DNA of 64,000 nucleotides. Origin: a virus. This document shows, in pieces, positions 19,662 through 29,667 of this stretch. The notes beneath the pieces were generated by a model that was not told the origin of the DNA, did not search any database, and saw nothing but the letters and a program-made list of their open reading frames with translations. The position numbers and the translations under genes were made by a program. The number at the start of each line of letters is the position of its first letter. The first letter of the stretch is position 1. The stretch covers positions 2,399 through 66,398 of the IMG/VR virus record IMGVR_UViG_3300020159_001897; one strand, given 5' to 3'.

Positions 19662-21833
19662 CTATGAAAACAAAAGTGTGCAACTGCAGTTCATCACAAA
19701 CTCAGTTGGTGCTTCTGGGTCTCCAGGGTACATTGCGGACTTGCCATTAATCTCAAACTTCTCGTCGATGCCGACTGTCTGACTGGCAAGTTCAGCGTGC
19801 TCATTGCGTGCTGAGTCTTGACTTGGGCGGTGAACCCATGTCTTTTTTGTATATCCAAGTTCTTTTGCTGCCCATAGAAGGCCAGCATTGAACGCCCCAC
19901 CAACTTCTGTTTTGGAGATTGTTTTAACTCGCGAACTAAATGCAGAAGCGAACCATGCCTTTAGAGCAGTGATGAACTCTTGGTGCGACTTTGAGCGATG
20001 CTCGCTAATAATCTTTTCAATATTACGCTTGCTCGTCTCATTAATAGATGAAATAGCCTTAATTCGTGGGCTAACGATTTCATCCATCGTTACATTACCT
20101 GGGTTCAAAGAATCAACTTTTGTTGAGGCTACTTCGATTGCCCCATCAAGAAAGACTGATGCCACCCATGTTTTTGCATCTGAGATGAGTTGGTCATTCC
20201 ACACGGCAACATCGAAAATGTCTTCTGATTTAATTCCTTCTCCAGAATCCCATTTTTCTTTAACCTTCTTAGAGGATGCCTTCTCAATCGTCACTCGCTC
20301 TTGGCGCTTTAGCATTGAACCAATCTGGAGAGCGACGCTCTGCTCAAGACGGGTAATCTGGCGCGTGCGGCGTACTGCAATATCCTCGGATGACTTTGAT
20401 TCTTCAATATCATGAGCCAAAGGAGTTAGCGGTGGAGTAAAAATCGGCCTTGGGGTTGGCGGATTAGTCGGTTCTATTGAATCGTTTGGTCGCGAGTTTG
20501 GCATTGAATTAGGCAACGCTGGGTCTGGTGCATCGGCAGGGCGGCGACCTGGCCTTTGATTCGGGTTCAATGGAGCGCCATCTTCTGGTGCTTGCTGACC
20601 ACCTGTATTTGTCTGCATAACAACTGGCGAGAGGTTTGTTGGGATAAGCAACTCGTCGATTCCAACGCCTTCGCGTCCAGTTAGTTCGCGGTATTCATCG
20701 ATTGAAATTGCACCCTGCTTCAACTCTTCTAGGTGGAATCGGGCACGCTCTCGGTCATCACGACTAAGGATTGCTACTGACGAAAGGTCGTAGGCAAAAT
20801 ATGTCTTAGGGTCTTCATCGAGTTTGTCAAATGCGCGCTCAAGAAGCGTTAGGTGAGGCACCATCGTTTCTCGCCAAAATACCTCTAGTTCAACATCGGC
20901 ATTAGCAAATGTCCTGTTGGATGCATTGCCAATTACTGATTCTGGAACACCAAAAGCGAGAAGAATCTCCTCCTTGTTCATTTGGCGTGCTTCAATATAT
21001 TGAGCATCTCTTTGGCTAGTCGATGTATCAATAAACTTTGCGTCTTCTGCCGACATTACTGTAAGACGACCTGCGCCACCAATATTTGAGCCAGTGCTTC
21101 CCTTGAAGCGGCGTTGAATTTCTTCTGCCTGCTCTTCTTCCATATCTCCGTTGATTACAAGAATTCCGCCTGGTCGACCATCGTTAACCATGAAGTTGCG
21201 ATTGAATACCTTTGCGTAGTAGTCATACTCAATTGCAAGTCCAGCAGATTCAAGTGGAGTCTGTCCTTTGAATGGGTCAATTGGGTGTGGTACTCGTGCC
21301 CAAATTACATCTTTAGCATCAATAATTCTTTTTGGAGTATTTGGATACTCAACAGAAAATCCAGATACAAATCGGTCTGGGTCTGGAATTGGGAATGTAT
21401 ATTGCGGTGGAAGCAAAACTAGTGCCGCTACTTCGCCCATTCGATTACGAATGATTTCAACAAATGCACCGCGCTGCGAAAGCAACAACTGCGATGAAAG
21501 CATAAAGCGGAATGAGAAAGCATCCTGACCAGGGTTTGCATTGCGATTCATAATCTGCAAAATTGGGTCGTCGTATGTTAGTTCACCAATTCTCCAGTCA
21601 CCTTTTCTGATAGCAATTGGAAGAGATGCTGCGTTTGCAGAAATTGCATAAACGGCTTTATAAACCCAAGTGACTCTGTCTAGTGCTTGTGTCACTGAAC
21701 GCTCTAAATCCCAACCATCTTTGTAAGGCTTTAGTGGGCGGCCAGGACCGCTTGATGGAGCGTAGAACTGTTTTTTATCTGGCGCTACAAAACCCTGCTG
21801 GTCGTGTGTGTTAAATGAGCGAAGGAATGCCAT
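19662..21833 (-). CDS. Portal protein (HK97 family) fused to a C-terminal MuF/SPP1-gp7-like domain
   Basis: LL.QRGAFVEI, G.TPL, FMVNDGRPGGIL and I..AFGVP portal motifs; Pro-rich linker; KKTW...R.EH...YPGDP...NCSC. Confidence 0.9.
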   Translation of the reverse strand: MAFLRSFNTHDQQGFVAPDKKQFYAPSSGPGRPLKPYKDGWDLERSVTQALDRVTWVYKAVYAISANAASLPIAIRKGDWRIGELTYDDPILQIMNRNANPGQDAFSFRFMLSSQLLLSQRGAFVEIIRNRMGEVAALVLLPPQYTFPIPDPDRFVSGFSVEYPNTPKRIIDAKDVIWARVPHPIDPFKGQTPLESAGLAIEYDYYAKVFNRNFMVNDGRPGGILVINGDMEEEQAEEIQRRFKGSTGSNIGGAGRLTVMSAEDAKFIDTSTSQRDAQYIEARQMNKEEILLAFGVPESVIGNASNRTFANADVELEVFWRETMVPHLTLLERAFDKLDEDPKTYFAYDLSSVAILSRDDRERARFHLEELKQGAISIDEYRELTGREGVGIDELLIPTNLSPVVMQTNTGGQQAPEDGAPLNPNQRPGRRPADAPDPALPNSMPNSRPNDSIEPTNPPTPRPIFTPPLTPLAHDIEESKSSEDIAVRRTRQITRLEQSVALQIGSMLKRQERVTIEKASSKKVKEKWDSGEGIKSEDIFDVAVWNDQLISDAKTWVASVFLDGAIEVASTKVDSLNPGNVTMDEIVSPRIKAISSINETSKRNIEKIISEHRSKSHQEFITALKAWFASAFSSRVKTISKTEVGGAFNAGLLWAAKELGYTKKTWVHRPSQDSARNEHAELASQTVGIDEKFEINGKSAMYPGDPEAPTEFVMNCSCTLLFS

Positions 21834-21836
21834 TTA

Positions 21837-22061
21837 CTACCCTCTCTCGTATCCAAATAAAATGCCGATACCGATTAGACATGCCGCGATTACGCATACT
21901 CCAGCAATTTCGCTGTACATGAACCCAGCAGTAGAAGCGGAAGCCACACCACCAGCGATAGCGGTAGTAGAAATTCTTCCCCGCAAATCAATTTTCAACT
22001 TGGGCGATATAAACCAAACTAGGCCAGCCATAAATACTGCTACTGCTAAACCTATATACAT
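21837..22061 (-). CDS. Small membrane protein preceding the portal gene
   Basis: 2-3 hydrophobic segments. Confidence 0.55.
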   Translation of the reverse strand: MYIGLAVAVFMAGLVWFISPKLKIDLRGRISTTAIAGGVASASTAGFMYSEIAGVCVIAACLIGIGILFGYERG

Positions 22062-22142
22062 GCTGAAATCCTCTTTTGAATTAGCCGCGCCAATTTCATA
22101 TACCAACACTAAGTTACACTAAATTTTCCTAGAATTGTTTGC

Positions 22143-22184
22143 GTGTCACGGGATAAGTCGTTCCCACTAACCCTCCCGTGACAC
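22143..22184 (-). terminator. Hairpin downstream of ssb, probable terminator
   Basis: GTGTCACGGGA-N20-TCCCGTGACAC, a perfect 11-bp inverted repeat. Confidence 0.55.
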
Positions 22185-22194
22185 ACAAATTCAA

Positions 22195-22641
22195 TCAGAA
22201 TGGCGGTTCGTCATCAAGAAACGATGCCGCTGCTGGCTTCTTGCCAGTATTCTGGTACTGCTGACCGCTCTGCGCGGCTGGATTTCCAGACTTTTCTACG
22301 CCTTGTACTGTTGCTTTTCGCAGTGAAACTGCAATGTCATCAGCAATAACTACAACCTTTTTCTTGGTTGAGCCGTCGTTTTTGTCTGTCCATTCCTGCT
22401 GTTCTAGTCGTCCTACAACAACAACCTTATTGCCCTTGCTTAGGCTGGCTGCTGCGTTGTCCGCTAGTTCTCCCCACGCTGTGAGGTCAAAGAATGATGT
22501 TTGCTCTTCCCAGTTATCTTGCTTATCCCGCCAACGGCGAGTGACAGCAATACCTACTGTTAATAGCGAAGAACCAGTCTTCGTTGACTTAAGAACTGGG
22601 TCTGCTGTGAGATTGCCAGTCATTGTTACCTGTGTGCTCAT
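22195..22641 (-). CDS. ssb: Single-stranded DNA-binding protein, actinobacterial type
   Basis: GNLTADP, W..LA.NAA.SL.KG..V.V.GRL.Q and C-terminal DDEPPF. Confidence 0.95.
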   Translation of the reverse strand: MSTQVTMTGNLTADPVLKSTKTGSSLLTVGIAVTRRWRDKQDNWEEQTSFFDLTAWGELADNAAASLSKGNKVVVVGRLEQQEWTDKNDGSTKKKVVVIADDIAVSLRKATVQGVEKSGNPAAQSGQQYQNTGKKPAAASFLDDEPPF

Positions 22642-23186
22642 TTTTCTCCTGATTTTTCTTTATCCTGATTTTTCATGTCTAACAAGAACCAGCCTCTAAT
22701 CCACATGATTGCAATTATGGAATACCCACAAATGTCAAGCCATGTGTCTTTTACAGGCTCAAAAAGTACGGGGCCGTCAAAGCCACGCAGGTTCTTGAGT
22801 CTTTCCAACTTATCATTCATACGAATGACAATGCCTGGAACCTCGAAACGGGCGATGTTTCCATGCCCGTACATCTTTTGTTTTCCTACAACAGTTGTAT
22901 ACACAAATGCTGCTGAAGCCTTATGGTCTTCTTTCCCGACCAACGAATACCCATGCAGACCAGCAACGGCAAGATTGAAAAACATTTCCTCAAGGAAGTC
23001 TGGGTCTACATCTTTAGTGTGAAATGCTAAGTCAACAATTTCGTCAAAGTTCTTCTGAACAAAATCATTAACTTTAGATTCGCTCTTGCTTTTTGCAATC
23101 TCGTACTGCTTGCACTTATCGGCAATTTCATTGACTACTAGAGCAGCGGCGCTTTCCCAGTTTCCTGGAGTAATATCTTTTCTCAC
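22638..23186 (-). CDS. Nucleotide-modification-associated domain 1 (DUF1599-like) protein
   Basis: K...YG..NI, GIVIRMNDKLERL.NL and E...DT..D..GY.II motifs. Confidence 0.7.
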   Translation of the reverse strand: MRKDITPGNWESAAALVVNEIADKCKQYEIAKSKSESKVNDFVQKNFDEIVDLAFHTKDVDPDFLEEMFFNLAVAGLHGYSLVGKEDHKASAAFVYTTVVGKQKMYGHGNIARFEVPGIVIRMNDKLERLKNLRGFDGPVLFEPVKDTWLDICGYSIIAIMWIRGWFLLDMKNQDKEKSGEK

Positions 23187-23959
23187 ATCAGCCCCTTGTT
23201 TTGTATTGGAGCAAGCATAGCAGTTTTAGACTGCCTGGATTCCCATTCAAATGTTCTGCGAAGAGCCAAGAATGTAGCAAAAATGTCATCGTCAATGCGC
23301 AATGGTTGGTATGACCACTTGTCTGGGCGAAGCAGCAGTGCGGCACCACCATCTACCTTTGGCATTGGTATCTCGTTGTCTCCGTCAAAAATTACATCAG
23401 CGTTTGCATACGCTGCCAACTGAAGGGCAACCTTTGCAGAAATTCCAGACCGTGTTGTTTTAAAGTCTAGTAAAATCTTTTTTTCATTAATCTTGCAGAT
23501 TGCATCAAAAGAACCTGCATAGTTGTGGGTGACAGAAAATATTGATTTTTCTACATGAATCCACTCTGGTTCAAAACGCTTTTCAAATTCCCAAAAACCG
23601 TGCAGGTACGGAAGCAGGTCGTCATCGTACTTATAGTTTGGGTCAATGATTAACTGCTCAATTGCCTCATGAACTCTTGTTCCAGTATCTGCGGCTTTAT
23701 TCAACTCTCGTTCTGCAGCAGCCTTGAGCCAATCAATCGCCTTGACTTTGCCTCCAGCACTGCCCAACAGGGAGTCAATGTGCTCGCGCTCATTAATTGC
23801 TGCCTCTGCGGTAACTTTGCTATTCCACTTCGGTAGATACGGAGAAGGAAGCATTCCTACAATTGATGTGACACTCGGAGCAACCATGTTTTTAATGTTT
23901 GGATGCTTGTAGTGACGATTGCCATTAATTGAAACTGTCTGAACTTTTGGATTTGTCAT
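23183..23959 (-). CDS. PD-(D/E)XK exonuclease (RecB/Cas4-like)
   Basis: PSVTSI, GTRVH, YAGSFD, LLDFKT and QLAAYA motifs. Confidence 0.85.
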   Translation of the reverse strand: MTNPKVQTVSINGNRHYKHPNIKNMVAPSVTSIVGMLPSPYLPKWNSKVTAEAAINEREHIDSLLGSAGGKVKAIDWLKAAAERELNKAADTGTRVHEAIEQLIIDPNYKYDDDLLPYLHGFWEFEKRFEPEWIHVEKSIFSVTHNYAGSFDAICKINEKKILLDFKTTRSGISAKVALQLAAYANADVIFDGDNEIPMPKVDGGAALLLRPDKWSYQPLRIDDDIFATFLALRRTFEWESRQSKTAMLAPIQNKGLM

Positions 23960-24183
23960 TTGTAAATTCTGTCCTTATCAATTGTTTTTTCATACTCAGA
24001 CCAATCAGTCTGGTATTTATATTGTGTTGAAGTTACTCGTCTGTATAAATCCCTACCGAGATTCATGACAAGATACTCTGGGGTAGGGTAAACAAACTCC
24101 AGTTCTTTGCCATCGAATGAACCACCAATAAAGGTTATCTCAATTCTAGTTGGCGTTTTTGATGATGCTTTTTTAGTCGCCAC
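23956..24183 (-). CDS. Hypothetical protein
   Basis: FIGGSFDG motif, common in small phage proteins; translationally coupled. Confidence 0.6.
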   Translation of the reverse strand: MATKKASSKTPTRIEITFIGGSFDGKELEFVYPTPEYLVMNLGRDLYRRVTSTQYKYQTDWSEYEKTIDKDRIYK

Positions 24184-24515
24184 TACTTGAGATGCTGTGC
24201 AGTCTGAACAATTTTATTAAAATCTGACTGCATCTGCTCAACTAGTTTTGCCAACTTTGTAACAAAAGACTTGTCCATTACGACCATGTCTGTTGTCTTG
24301 TCTACTTCGAGCGCGGCAAGGTGGTCTTTAATCTTTTTCAATTTGTTGTTGAATGAGTCTGAAGCACCGTTCATCTCGCGTGCTAGAACAACTGTGTTCA
24401 CATCATTGAGATTAAAATTTGATGAGATACTAACTGCGCCATCTTGGCCAGTCACTCTGTTTGATGGGATTGAGAACTCATCTCTTCCCATATCGAATCC
24501 TGAAACTTTTGACAT
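24183..24515 (-). CDS. Hypothetical coiled-coil protein
   Basis: AGGAG RBS; coupled to the next gene. Confidence 0.6.
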   Translation of the reverse strand: MSKVSGFDMGRDEFSIPSNRVTGQDGAVSISSNFNLNDVNTVVLAREMNGASDSFNNKLKKIKDHLAALEVDKTTDMVVMDKSFVTKLAKLVEQMQSDFNKIVQTAQHLK

Positions 24516-24542
24516 ATATTCTCCTGTTGGTCTAAGTGTATA

Positions 24543-24833
24543 TTAATTTTGCGGTTTAAACAAGTCGGCCCATCGTGCGCTCTTGAGTTGCTCTTCTTCA
24601 AGCATATCCTGCAATTTATCAAATGCTTCAGAATACTCAAAAACCATGGTCTTCATATCTATTAGTAAATCCATAATCACCTCAATTTGGGCTGGAAAGA
24701 AGTGCACTGCTGCAGAATTCTTAAATGCCAAATAGGTATTCAGGTCCTCAATTACATCTTCGCACCTAACAATGCTGGCTAGGTACTTATTTGAGTCCTT
24801 CATTTGACCTACTAAATCGTTGTCGCTATTCAT
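24543..24833 (-). CDS. Hypothetical protein
   Basis: GGAGG RBS before MNSDND. Confidence 0.55.
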   Translation of the reverse strand: MNSDNDLVGQMKDSNKYLASIVRCEDVIEDLNTYLAFKNSAAVHFFPAQIEVIMDLLIDMKTMVFEYSEAFDKLQDMLEEEQLKSARWADLFKPQN

Positions 24834-25320
24834 TACTTCCTCCAATTGAGTCATATTTTTTATTGATTAACATATCCATAACATGCCTAGGCTTTAAAAT
24901 AAATCCTTTTGCTGGGTTATCGCTGCCCTCGGCAAAATTGCGCTTCGTTTCTTCGTTGAATAAATGCTTATTAAGTCTCAGATACCTTTTGAGTCTTTCA
25001 ACATGGACGATTGTCATTCCGCCATCGAGAGCATAAACATACACCCACCACTCTGCCTTGGTTACATTTATTCCGCTTTTCTTCCATCCCTTTAGTCCTG
25101 GGTTTTGGTCTGTCTCGATGACCATGTTCCCATTCCTGTATCTGTCTGTCTTTATTTCAAATGACCCGTTTACAAGAGCGTCTAACATTGTGGCAACAAG
25201 TGTTTCCCCAACTTGCCCATAATGGAGGTCATCTTTGAAATTAAACTGTTTTACTTCCGAAGATGGCTCAATGTCAAAGTCGGGGTTGTATCCAGAGACC
25301 TTTTTAAAACTACTCACCAC
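24826..25320 (-). CDS. PD-(D/E)XK-like phage protein
   Basis: G..GE, FEIKTD...GN..IE and SGI..TKAEWW motifs. Confidence 0.6.
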   Translation of the reverse strand: MVSSFKKVSGYNPDFDIEPSSEVKQFNFKDDLHYGQVGETLVATMLDALVNGSFEIKTDRYRNGNMVIETDQNPGLKGWKKSGINVTKAEWWVYVYALDGGMTIVHVERLKRYLRLNKHLFNEETKRNFAEGSDNPAKGFILKPRHVMDMLINKKYDSIGGSNE

Positions 25321-25724
25321 TGACCAGTTTTCTCAAGGTAGGTTTTCCGTCCCTTGTATGAGGATTGGCTTGCGCGTTTTGCCCGTCGCTTCTGTTCGCT
25401 CTCAGAAAGGGTGATTAATTTTAACTCGCCATCTGGGGTTATCTGAAAGTAGTCAACTCCTTTTATCAAACGATGATAGAGATAACCACAGACTAGTAGA
25501 AACTCAAAACACTCACCAGAAGACCGACGCATGTCGTAATTGTCTGCGTGGAAGTTAACCCAGTCGTCCCACTTAAATGCTTTTTTCTTAAATTTAGCGT
25601 ACAAAAGAACTCTGTGCGTCCCGCTGTGATACTTGATGGTTCCAGCGCCTGCTTTCTTGAGTGCTTCTTTGCGTAACTTTTCCAACTTTTTTCCAGTTGG
25701 CATTGTTTTTCTTTCACTGGCCAT
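25314..25724 (-). CDS. Hypothetical basic protein, winged-helix-like
   Basis: L...GYL...YFQITPDG pattern; AGGA RBS. Confidence 0.5.
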   Translation of the reverse strand: MASERKTMPTGKKLEKLRKEALKKAGAGTIKYHSGTHRVLLYAKFKKKAFKWDDWVNFHADNYDMRRSSGECFEFLLVCGYLYHRLIKGVDYFQITPDGELKLITLSESEQKRRAKRASQSSYKGRKTYLEKTGQW

Positions 25725-25787
25725 TATTTTCCTGACTGTTTGCTTGGTTGAGTATAGGTGGTGTCACAAAAATGACAACCTGCTTTT

Positions 25788-25955
25788 CTATTTTTGATGT
25801 GTTAAGCAAGACACGCATGTCACATGTTTTTGATGCACGGATACTGACATGTCTTTCCCGACATACATCCCGCACGCTGTAGTTGCTATTACTTCTCTGC
25901 TTACTTCAGTACGCTCGACAACTTCATACTTTGCCATATGTATAAGGAGAGCCAT
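25788..25955 (-). CDS. Small zinc-finger protein (55 aa)
   Basis: Absent from the track. Manual read MALLIH...TACG...VTCVSC; fills the gap between neighbours. Confidence 0.6.
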   Translation of the reverse strand: MALLIHMAKYEVVERTEVSREVIATTACGMYVGKDMSVSVHQKHVTCVSCLTHQK

Positions 25956-25967
25956 GAATAAAAGGTA

Positions 25968-26681
25968 TCACAGTTTGTATACGCTCCAGTTGCCTAGTTG
26001 ACCCTTGGAGTTATCCATTAGCCACTTTGCAAACTTCACATTGCATACTGGGTCTTTGAGTCCTTGCATGTGATTATCAACTGCGTCTTCTCCGCACACC
26101 CCCTTGACTGCCGTGAACCAACTTGAGTTGACCTGAAGAAGACCAGTGTCGTAACTTCCGTTCTTGTTCAAAGCATAAGTCATTTTGCCGTTTTCCCAAG
26201 TTGCGTTTTGTGCTTTTGGATTGCAACCGCTCTCGCGCCATGCAATGTATGAGAACACGTCAACTGGAAGACCGTATTCAGCAAACAATGGCTCCCACAT
26301 CGGGCAACGCTTTGCTGGGTCATATGAAATGTTGTACTTCGGAGTGTTCTGCTTTGGAACATTTGCAGTTGGAAGGCCTCGTGCCTCAAGTGCCTCAATA
26401 TGTTCCCTGCGGGTAATCATCCCGTAGTGACCATCTACGGCGACAGTGCCTATAACTTTTTGAAGGTCTGCTACTCGCTCTGATACTTCGTTCAACTTAA
26501 ACTTTTGCCTGAGAATTGATTCGACCGCTACTTGGTCCAGGACTTGGGGTTGAGTTACTTCCGCGACTACCGCCACGGGTGCGCCTTGTGCGCTCACTGA
26601 GTTGTTTACTTGATTCCCAACCCACCCAAATGTTGCGGTAAGCCAGATTGCCAATGTGGTAATTAAAGGTTTGGATATCAA
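25968..26681 (-). CDS. Secreted lytic transglycosylase (SLT/lysozyme-like) with a peptidoglycan-binding segment
   Basis: N-terminal signal/TM segment; V..LQ......VDG.YG..T; IAWRESGCNP...D.GLLQVN. Confidence 0.8.
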   Translation of the reverse strand: MISKPLITTLAIWLTATFGWVGNQVNNSVSAQGAPVAVVAEVTQPQVLDQVAVESILRQKFKLNEVSERVADLQKVIGTVAVDGHYGMITRREHIEALEARGLPTANVPKQNTPKYNISYDPAKRCPMWEPLFAEYGLPVDVFSYIAWRESGCNPKAQNATWENGKMTYALNKNGSYDTGLLQVNSSWFTAVKGVCGEDAVDNHMQGLKDPVCNVKFAKWLMDNSKGQLGNWSVYKL

Positions 26682-26690
26682 TAGTCTCTC

Positions 26691-27155
26691 CTACTGTTGG
26701 CCCTCCTTCGGCGGCAAAGACTTAGTAAGACCAAGTCTCTCCGCTTCGGCGGGGTTGTCATGTTTCCAGCGGTGGTGCATACGGCACAACACTTGGCAGT
26801 TATTCGGGTCTAAATGGTCGCCTCCGCGACCTCTCGGGATAACTTCGTCCACATCTAGCGGACCTGAACATGACAGATATGTTACCAAAAATTTCGCTTG
26901 ACACAACCCCATATCGCGTTGCAGGACTATACGACGGACCTCTGCCCGTTGTGGGGCTTGACTTTTAGTCTTTTCAGAAATTTGAGAAATCTTTTTTTTA
27001 TTTTGTTTTACTGCTGTTTTCCGAAGTAATGGTGCAGAATTATCTCCGCACCCTTTGATTCTATTTAAACCATCGGTTGATTCTTTTAATGTTCCAAACT
27101 TTGGACAATCTAGAAGTGAGCATTTTTCTTTTCTTCCTTCGCATTCGCCCTTCAT
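26691..27155 (-). CDS. HNH endonuclease
   Basis: VLQRD...CQ...C, DE.IPR.RGG...DPNNCQVLC..HH..KH. Start coupled to the terL stop (TAATG). Confidence 0.8.
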   Translation of the reverse strand: MKGECEGRKEKCSLLDCPKFGTLKESTDGLNRIKGCGDNSAPLLRKTAVKQNKKKISQISEKTKSQAPQRAEVRRIVLQRDMGLCQAKFLVTYLSCSGPLDVDEVIPRGRGGDHLDPNNCQVLCRMHHRWKHDNPAEAERLGLTKSLPPKEGQQ

Positions 27156-28480
27156 TAAAGAATAATTCTCACAGAAGTTTTCTTTTTCCCAACAAGTGAT
27201 TGCATTGCACCAGCAACTGCGTCGACTTGGTCGTCGTGTGCTCCGTACGGAAATACTTCGCATTCGTCAATGAATGGTGAGTTCCAGGATGCTCTTGCAA
27301 GCATGACATTTCCCGCTTCTGCTGCAGACGAAAATACAAGTGCGCGGTCTTTCTTTGACACATTGGACTTCTCTCCACGAAATATAAATCCCTGAAGGAC
27401 AGTACGAGCGTAGTGGTCAATAACATTCACTCCAGAAGAACCAGGTTCTTGTTCCATAACGATTGGAGTAGAGACACCGTCAATTTGTGCAGTTTGCGCA
27501 ATCATCTTTTCAACTTCATACGGAGTTCCACGCATGCGTCGGATATCCATTACAAAGTAGCGACCATCTTTCATTCCGACCAATGCACCAACTGTGTAGT
27601 CAGGGTCATTAGAGCGACTCTTTGGTGTTGCTGCCAAGTCCCAGTAACGAACTGTCTTCATTCCTTCTGGGAAGTTTCCAGTTACAGAGAATGATTCGCG
27701 CTTAAACATTCCACCCTCTTCACGGATTTCCCAGTTTCCGTCAAGTAGTCGTGCGCGCTCAACCGCATCAAGTTCATTCAAGCCTTTGATGTACGCCTCT
27801 GAGTCAAGTGACGGGTTATCCGAAATCTTTGCTGGCATGAACTTTCGCTCTGGCTTTTTGTCAAGAATGAAACGCTCATATACCCAGTTATTTCCTGGTC
27901 CTCCAGGGTTAGTTGCAGCACGAGTCCTTAGTGGAATGTCTGCAGATGTCAACCCACAATGTGGACAAGCAGGCAGAGAGTCGCTCTGCATTGGCTTACG
28001 AACACGAGAGAATCCAACATAGCGATAAACACGGTCGGTCTTCCACTGCGTTAACTCGTCTACCCCAACGAAGTGATACGCGAATGACTGGAACTTGTAA
28101 CGGTCTTCGTCTCGTTCACAATGGTCGAAAGACAGAGTCGCACCAGATGGAAATGTCCATCGCTTATTGGTAGAAACATAAACAGCACCAGTGCCAGCGA
28201 GCCAAGCGTTGCAACGGTCAATAAAGCCGTCAGGACCAGACAACTGAGGATATGTCTGACGCAAAAGGAGAGCAGAATAACCAGGAACACAGATGTACTG
28301 AAGAGCCGACATTAGAAGCGTGTCGGACTTTCCTCCACCAGCAGCGCCGCCATAAAGGGCTTCGCGCGTTGTTGTCCAGGTCAGATAAGCCTGTTGCTTT
28401 GGGTGCATGATGTGGGGAAACTTAAAACCACACGGCTGTTTCCAGTCAGTTAGCGATGCAAGTTGCTCGCGTGTTGTCAT
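27155..28480 (-). CDS. terL: Terminase large subunit
   Basis: Walker A YGGAAGGGKS, Walker B VGVDELTQ, ATNPGG, and nuclease WDLA...DYT...HDDQVDA. Confidence 0.95.
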   Translation of the reverse strand: MTTREQLASLTDWKQPCGFKFPHIMHPKQQAYLTWTTTREALYGGAAGGGKSDTLLMSALQYICVPGYSALLLRQTYPQLSGPDGFIDRCNAWLAGTGAVYVSTNKRWTFPSGATLSFDHCERDEDRYKFQSFAYHFVGVDELTQWKTDRVYRYVGFSRVRKPMQSDSLPACPHCGLTSADIPLRTRAATNPGGPGNNWVYERFILDKKPERKFMPAKISDNPSLDSEAYIKGLNELDAVERARLLDGNWEIREEGGMFKRESFSVTGNFPEGMKTVRYWDLAATPKSRSNDPDYTVGALVGMKDGRYFVMDIRRMRGTPYEVEKMIAQTAQIDGVSTPIVMEQEPGSSGVNVIDHYARTVLQGFIFRGEKSNVSKKDRALVFSSAAEAGNVMLARASWNSPFIDECEVFPYGAHDDQVDAVAGAMQSLVGKKKTSVRIIL

Positions 28481-29091
28481 TCTTTAGACTCCACAATTTC
28501 TGCCTCGATAATGTCGTCTTCATCATCCCATGCATTAAGAACATTTGATGGCAAGTCTCCCGACTCAACGAGTGCTGAAAGAATTGCTCTCTTTCTTTCT
28601 TCGTCTTCTGTGGCGGTAAGTTCTTTATCTCTTCCGTCATTGTTTCCAAATCCTGCGCCTGCAGATACTTCAAGTTTGACGGTGTTGCTATCGCCCCACT
28701 CTTGTGGCCAGCGGCGAGCAAGAAATCTTTCTGCTGCTTTCCAGTCTCCGCCTCTTGCTTCTTTAAACCATGAAAGAACAAGTGCACCCATTGATTCAGA
28801 CTCTGCTTTTGCAAGTGCTTCAGAAAAGTTCATATAAACCTCTTCTGACTTATTTGGAACTCCACCCTTTTCGCGGTGAACCGTTTCAGCAATCCCACGA
28901 GAAATCCACACAGATACTGTTGACTTAGAAATTCTGTTTGCCTCTGCGGCGCGTGATGGAGTCATTCCAGCCCGTACTAAATCAATAATGACTGGGCCCA
29001 TAATTTCACATGTCGTAACAATCTCACCGTTAATCTTGCGGGCGCGTTTGTTTGCTGCTGGAATCTTTTTACTTGCCATCTTTTTTGCCAA
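28477..29091 (-). CDS. Terminase small subunit (HTH)
   Basis: HTH AAEANRISKSTVSVW and DWKAAERFLARRWPQEWG; directly upstream of terL. Confidence 0.8.
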   Translation of the reverse strand: MAKKMASKKIPAANKRARKINGEIVTTCEIMGPVIIDLVRAGMTPSRAAEANRISKSTVSVWISRGIAETVHREKGGVPNKSEEVYMNFSEALAKAESESMGALVLSWFKEARGGDWKAAERFLARRWPQEWGDSNTVKLEVSAGAGFGNNDGRDKELTATEDEERKRAILSALVESGDLPSNVLNAWDDEDDIIEAEIVESKE

Positions 29092-29347
29092 TCTTTTGAA
29101 TAAAAATGCAATCCTTCTTACGGGGTATATGAGTCTTCACCTTGTAGTCATACCTGTCTGCAGCCATATAGATAGCAGCACGAAATGACCTCATATCAAC
29201 TTCAAAGTCTTCGCCTTGCTTGAGTCGCCATACATGACCATCAAACCATTCTTTCCACGGATACTTTTCCTCTGTCACCTTTTTCGGCCAAGTCAAAGAT
29301 TCACGAATGATGCTGCGATGTTTCACTTCTTTTTTCTCGTCACTCAT
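29069..29347 (-). CDS. Hypothetical protein
   Basis: KYPW.EW.DG..W.L..G.DF motif, as seen in actinophage proteins. Confidence 0.6.
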   Translation of the reverse strand: MSDEKKEVKHRSIIRESLTWPKKVTEEKYPWKEWFDGHVWRLKQGEDFEVDMRSFRAAIYMAADRYDYKVKTHIPRKKDCIFIQKIGKKDGK

Positions 29348-29667
29348 TTGAGTTCCTCACCAGGATTTTCTTTCATCCAGTCGTCAATTGCTTGCTCTAG
29401 CAAAGTGTCATCATTCTTAATCCTCTGAATCAAAAGAGAAATCCAGTTAGTTGTATAACCACATGCTTCGCCAATAGCGCGCATTGTTCCTTCACCAGTT
29501 CTCCATGTATTGAAGATGTCATTACGAAGTCGTTGCTCTGCAATAGCAGTTTGCTTGCGGAGAGTTTCAAGAACTAGTTTGCGCCTCTGTAGACGATGTA
29601 GAGCCTCGTCTGGAAGCGTTCTCTTCCAATCCGACTTTGGCATTCCGCCTCTTACTTTTTCAGCCAT
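29344..29667 (-). CDS. HTH DNA-binding protein
   Basis: GTMRAIGEACGYTTNWISLLI HTH pattern. Confidence 0.6.
   Translation of the reverse strand: MAEKVRGGMPKSDWKRTLPDEALHRLQRRKLVLETLRKQTAIAEQRLRNDIFNTWRTGEGTMRAIGEACGYTTNWISLLIQRIKNDDTLLEQAIDDWMKENPGEELK

Noticed and set aside
23183-23959. Cas4 / CRISPR adaptation gene
   Set aside because: It lacks the Cas4 Fe-S cysteine cluster and sits near ssb, so it is better read as a recombination exonuclease.
963-29428. Numerous plus-strand and alternate-frame ORFs in the track over the virion module
   Set aside because: These are shadows of long minus-strand genes, with no RBS or motifs.
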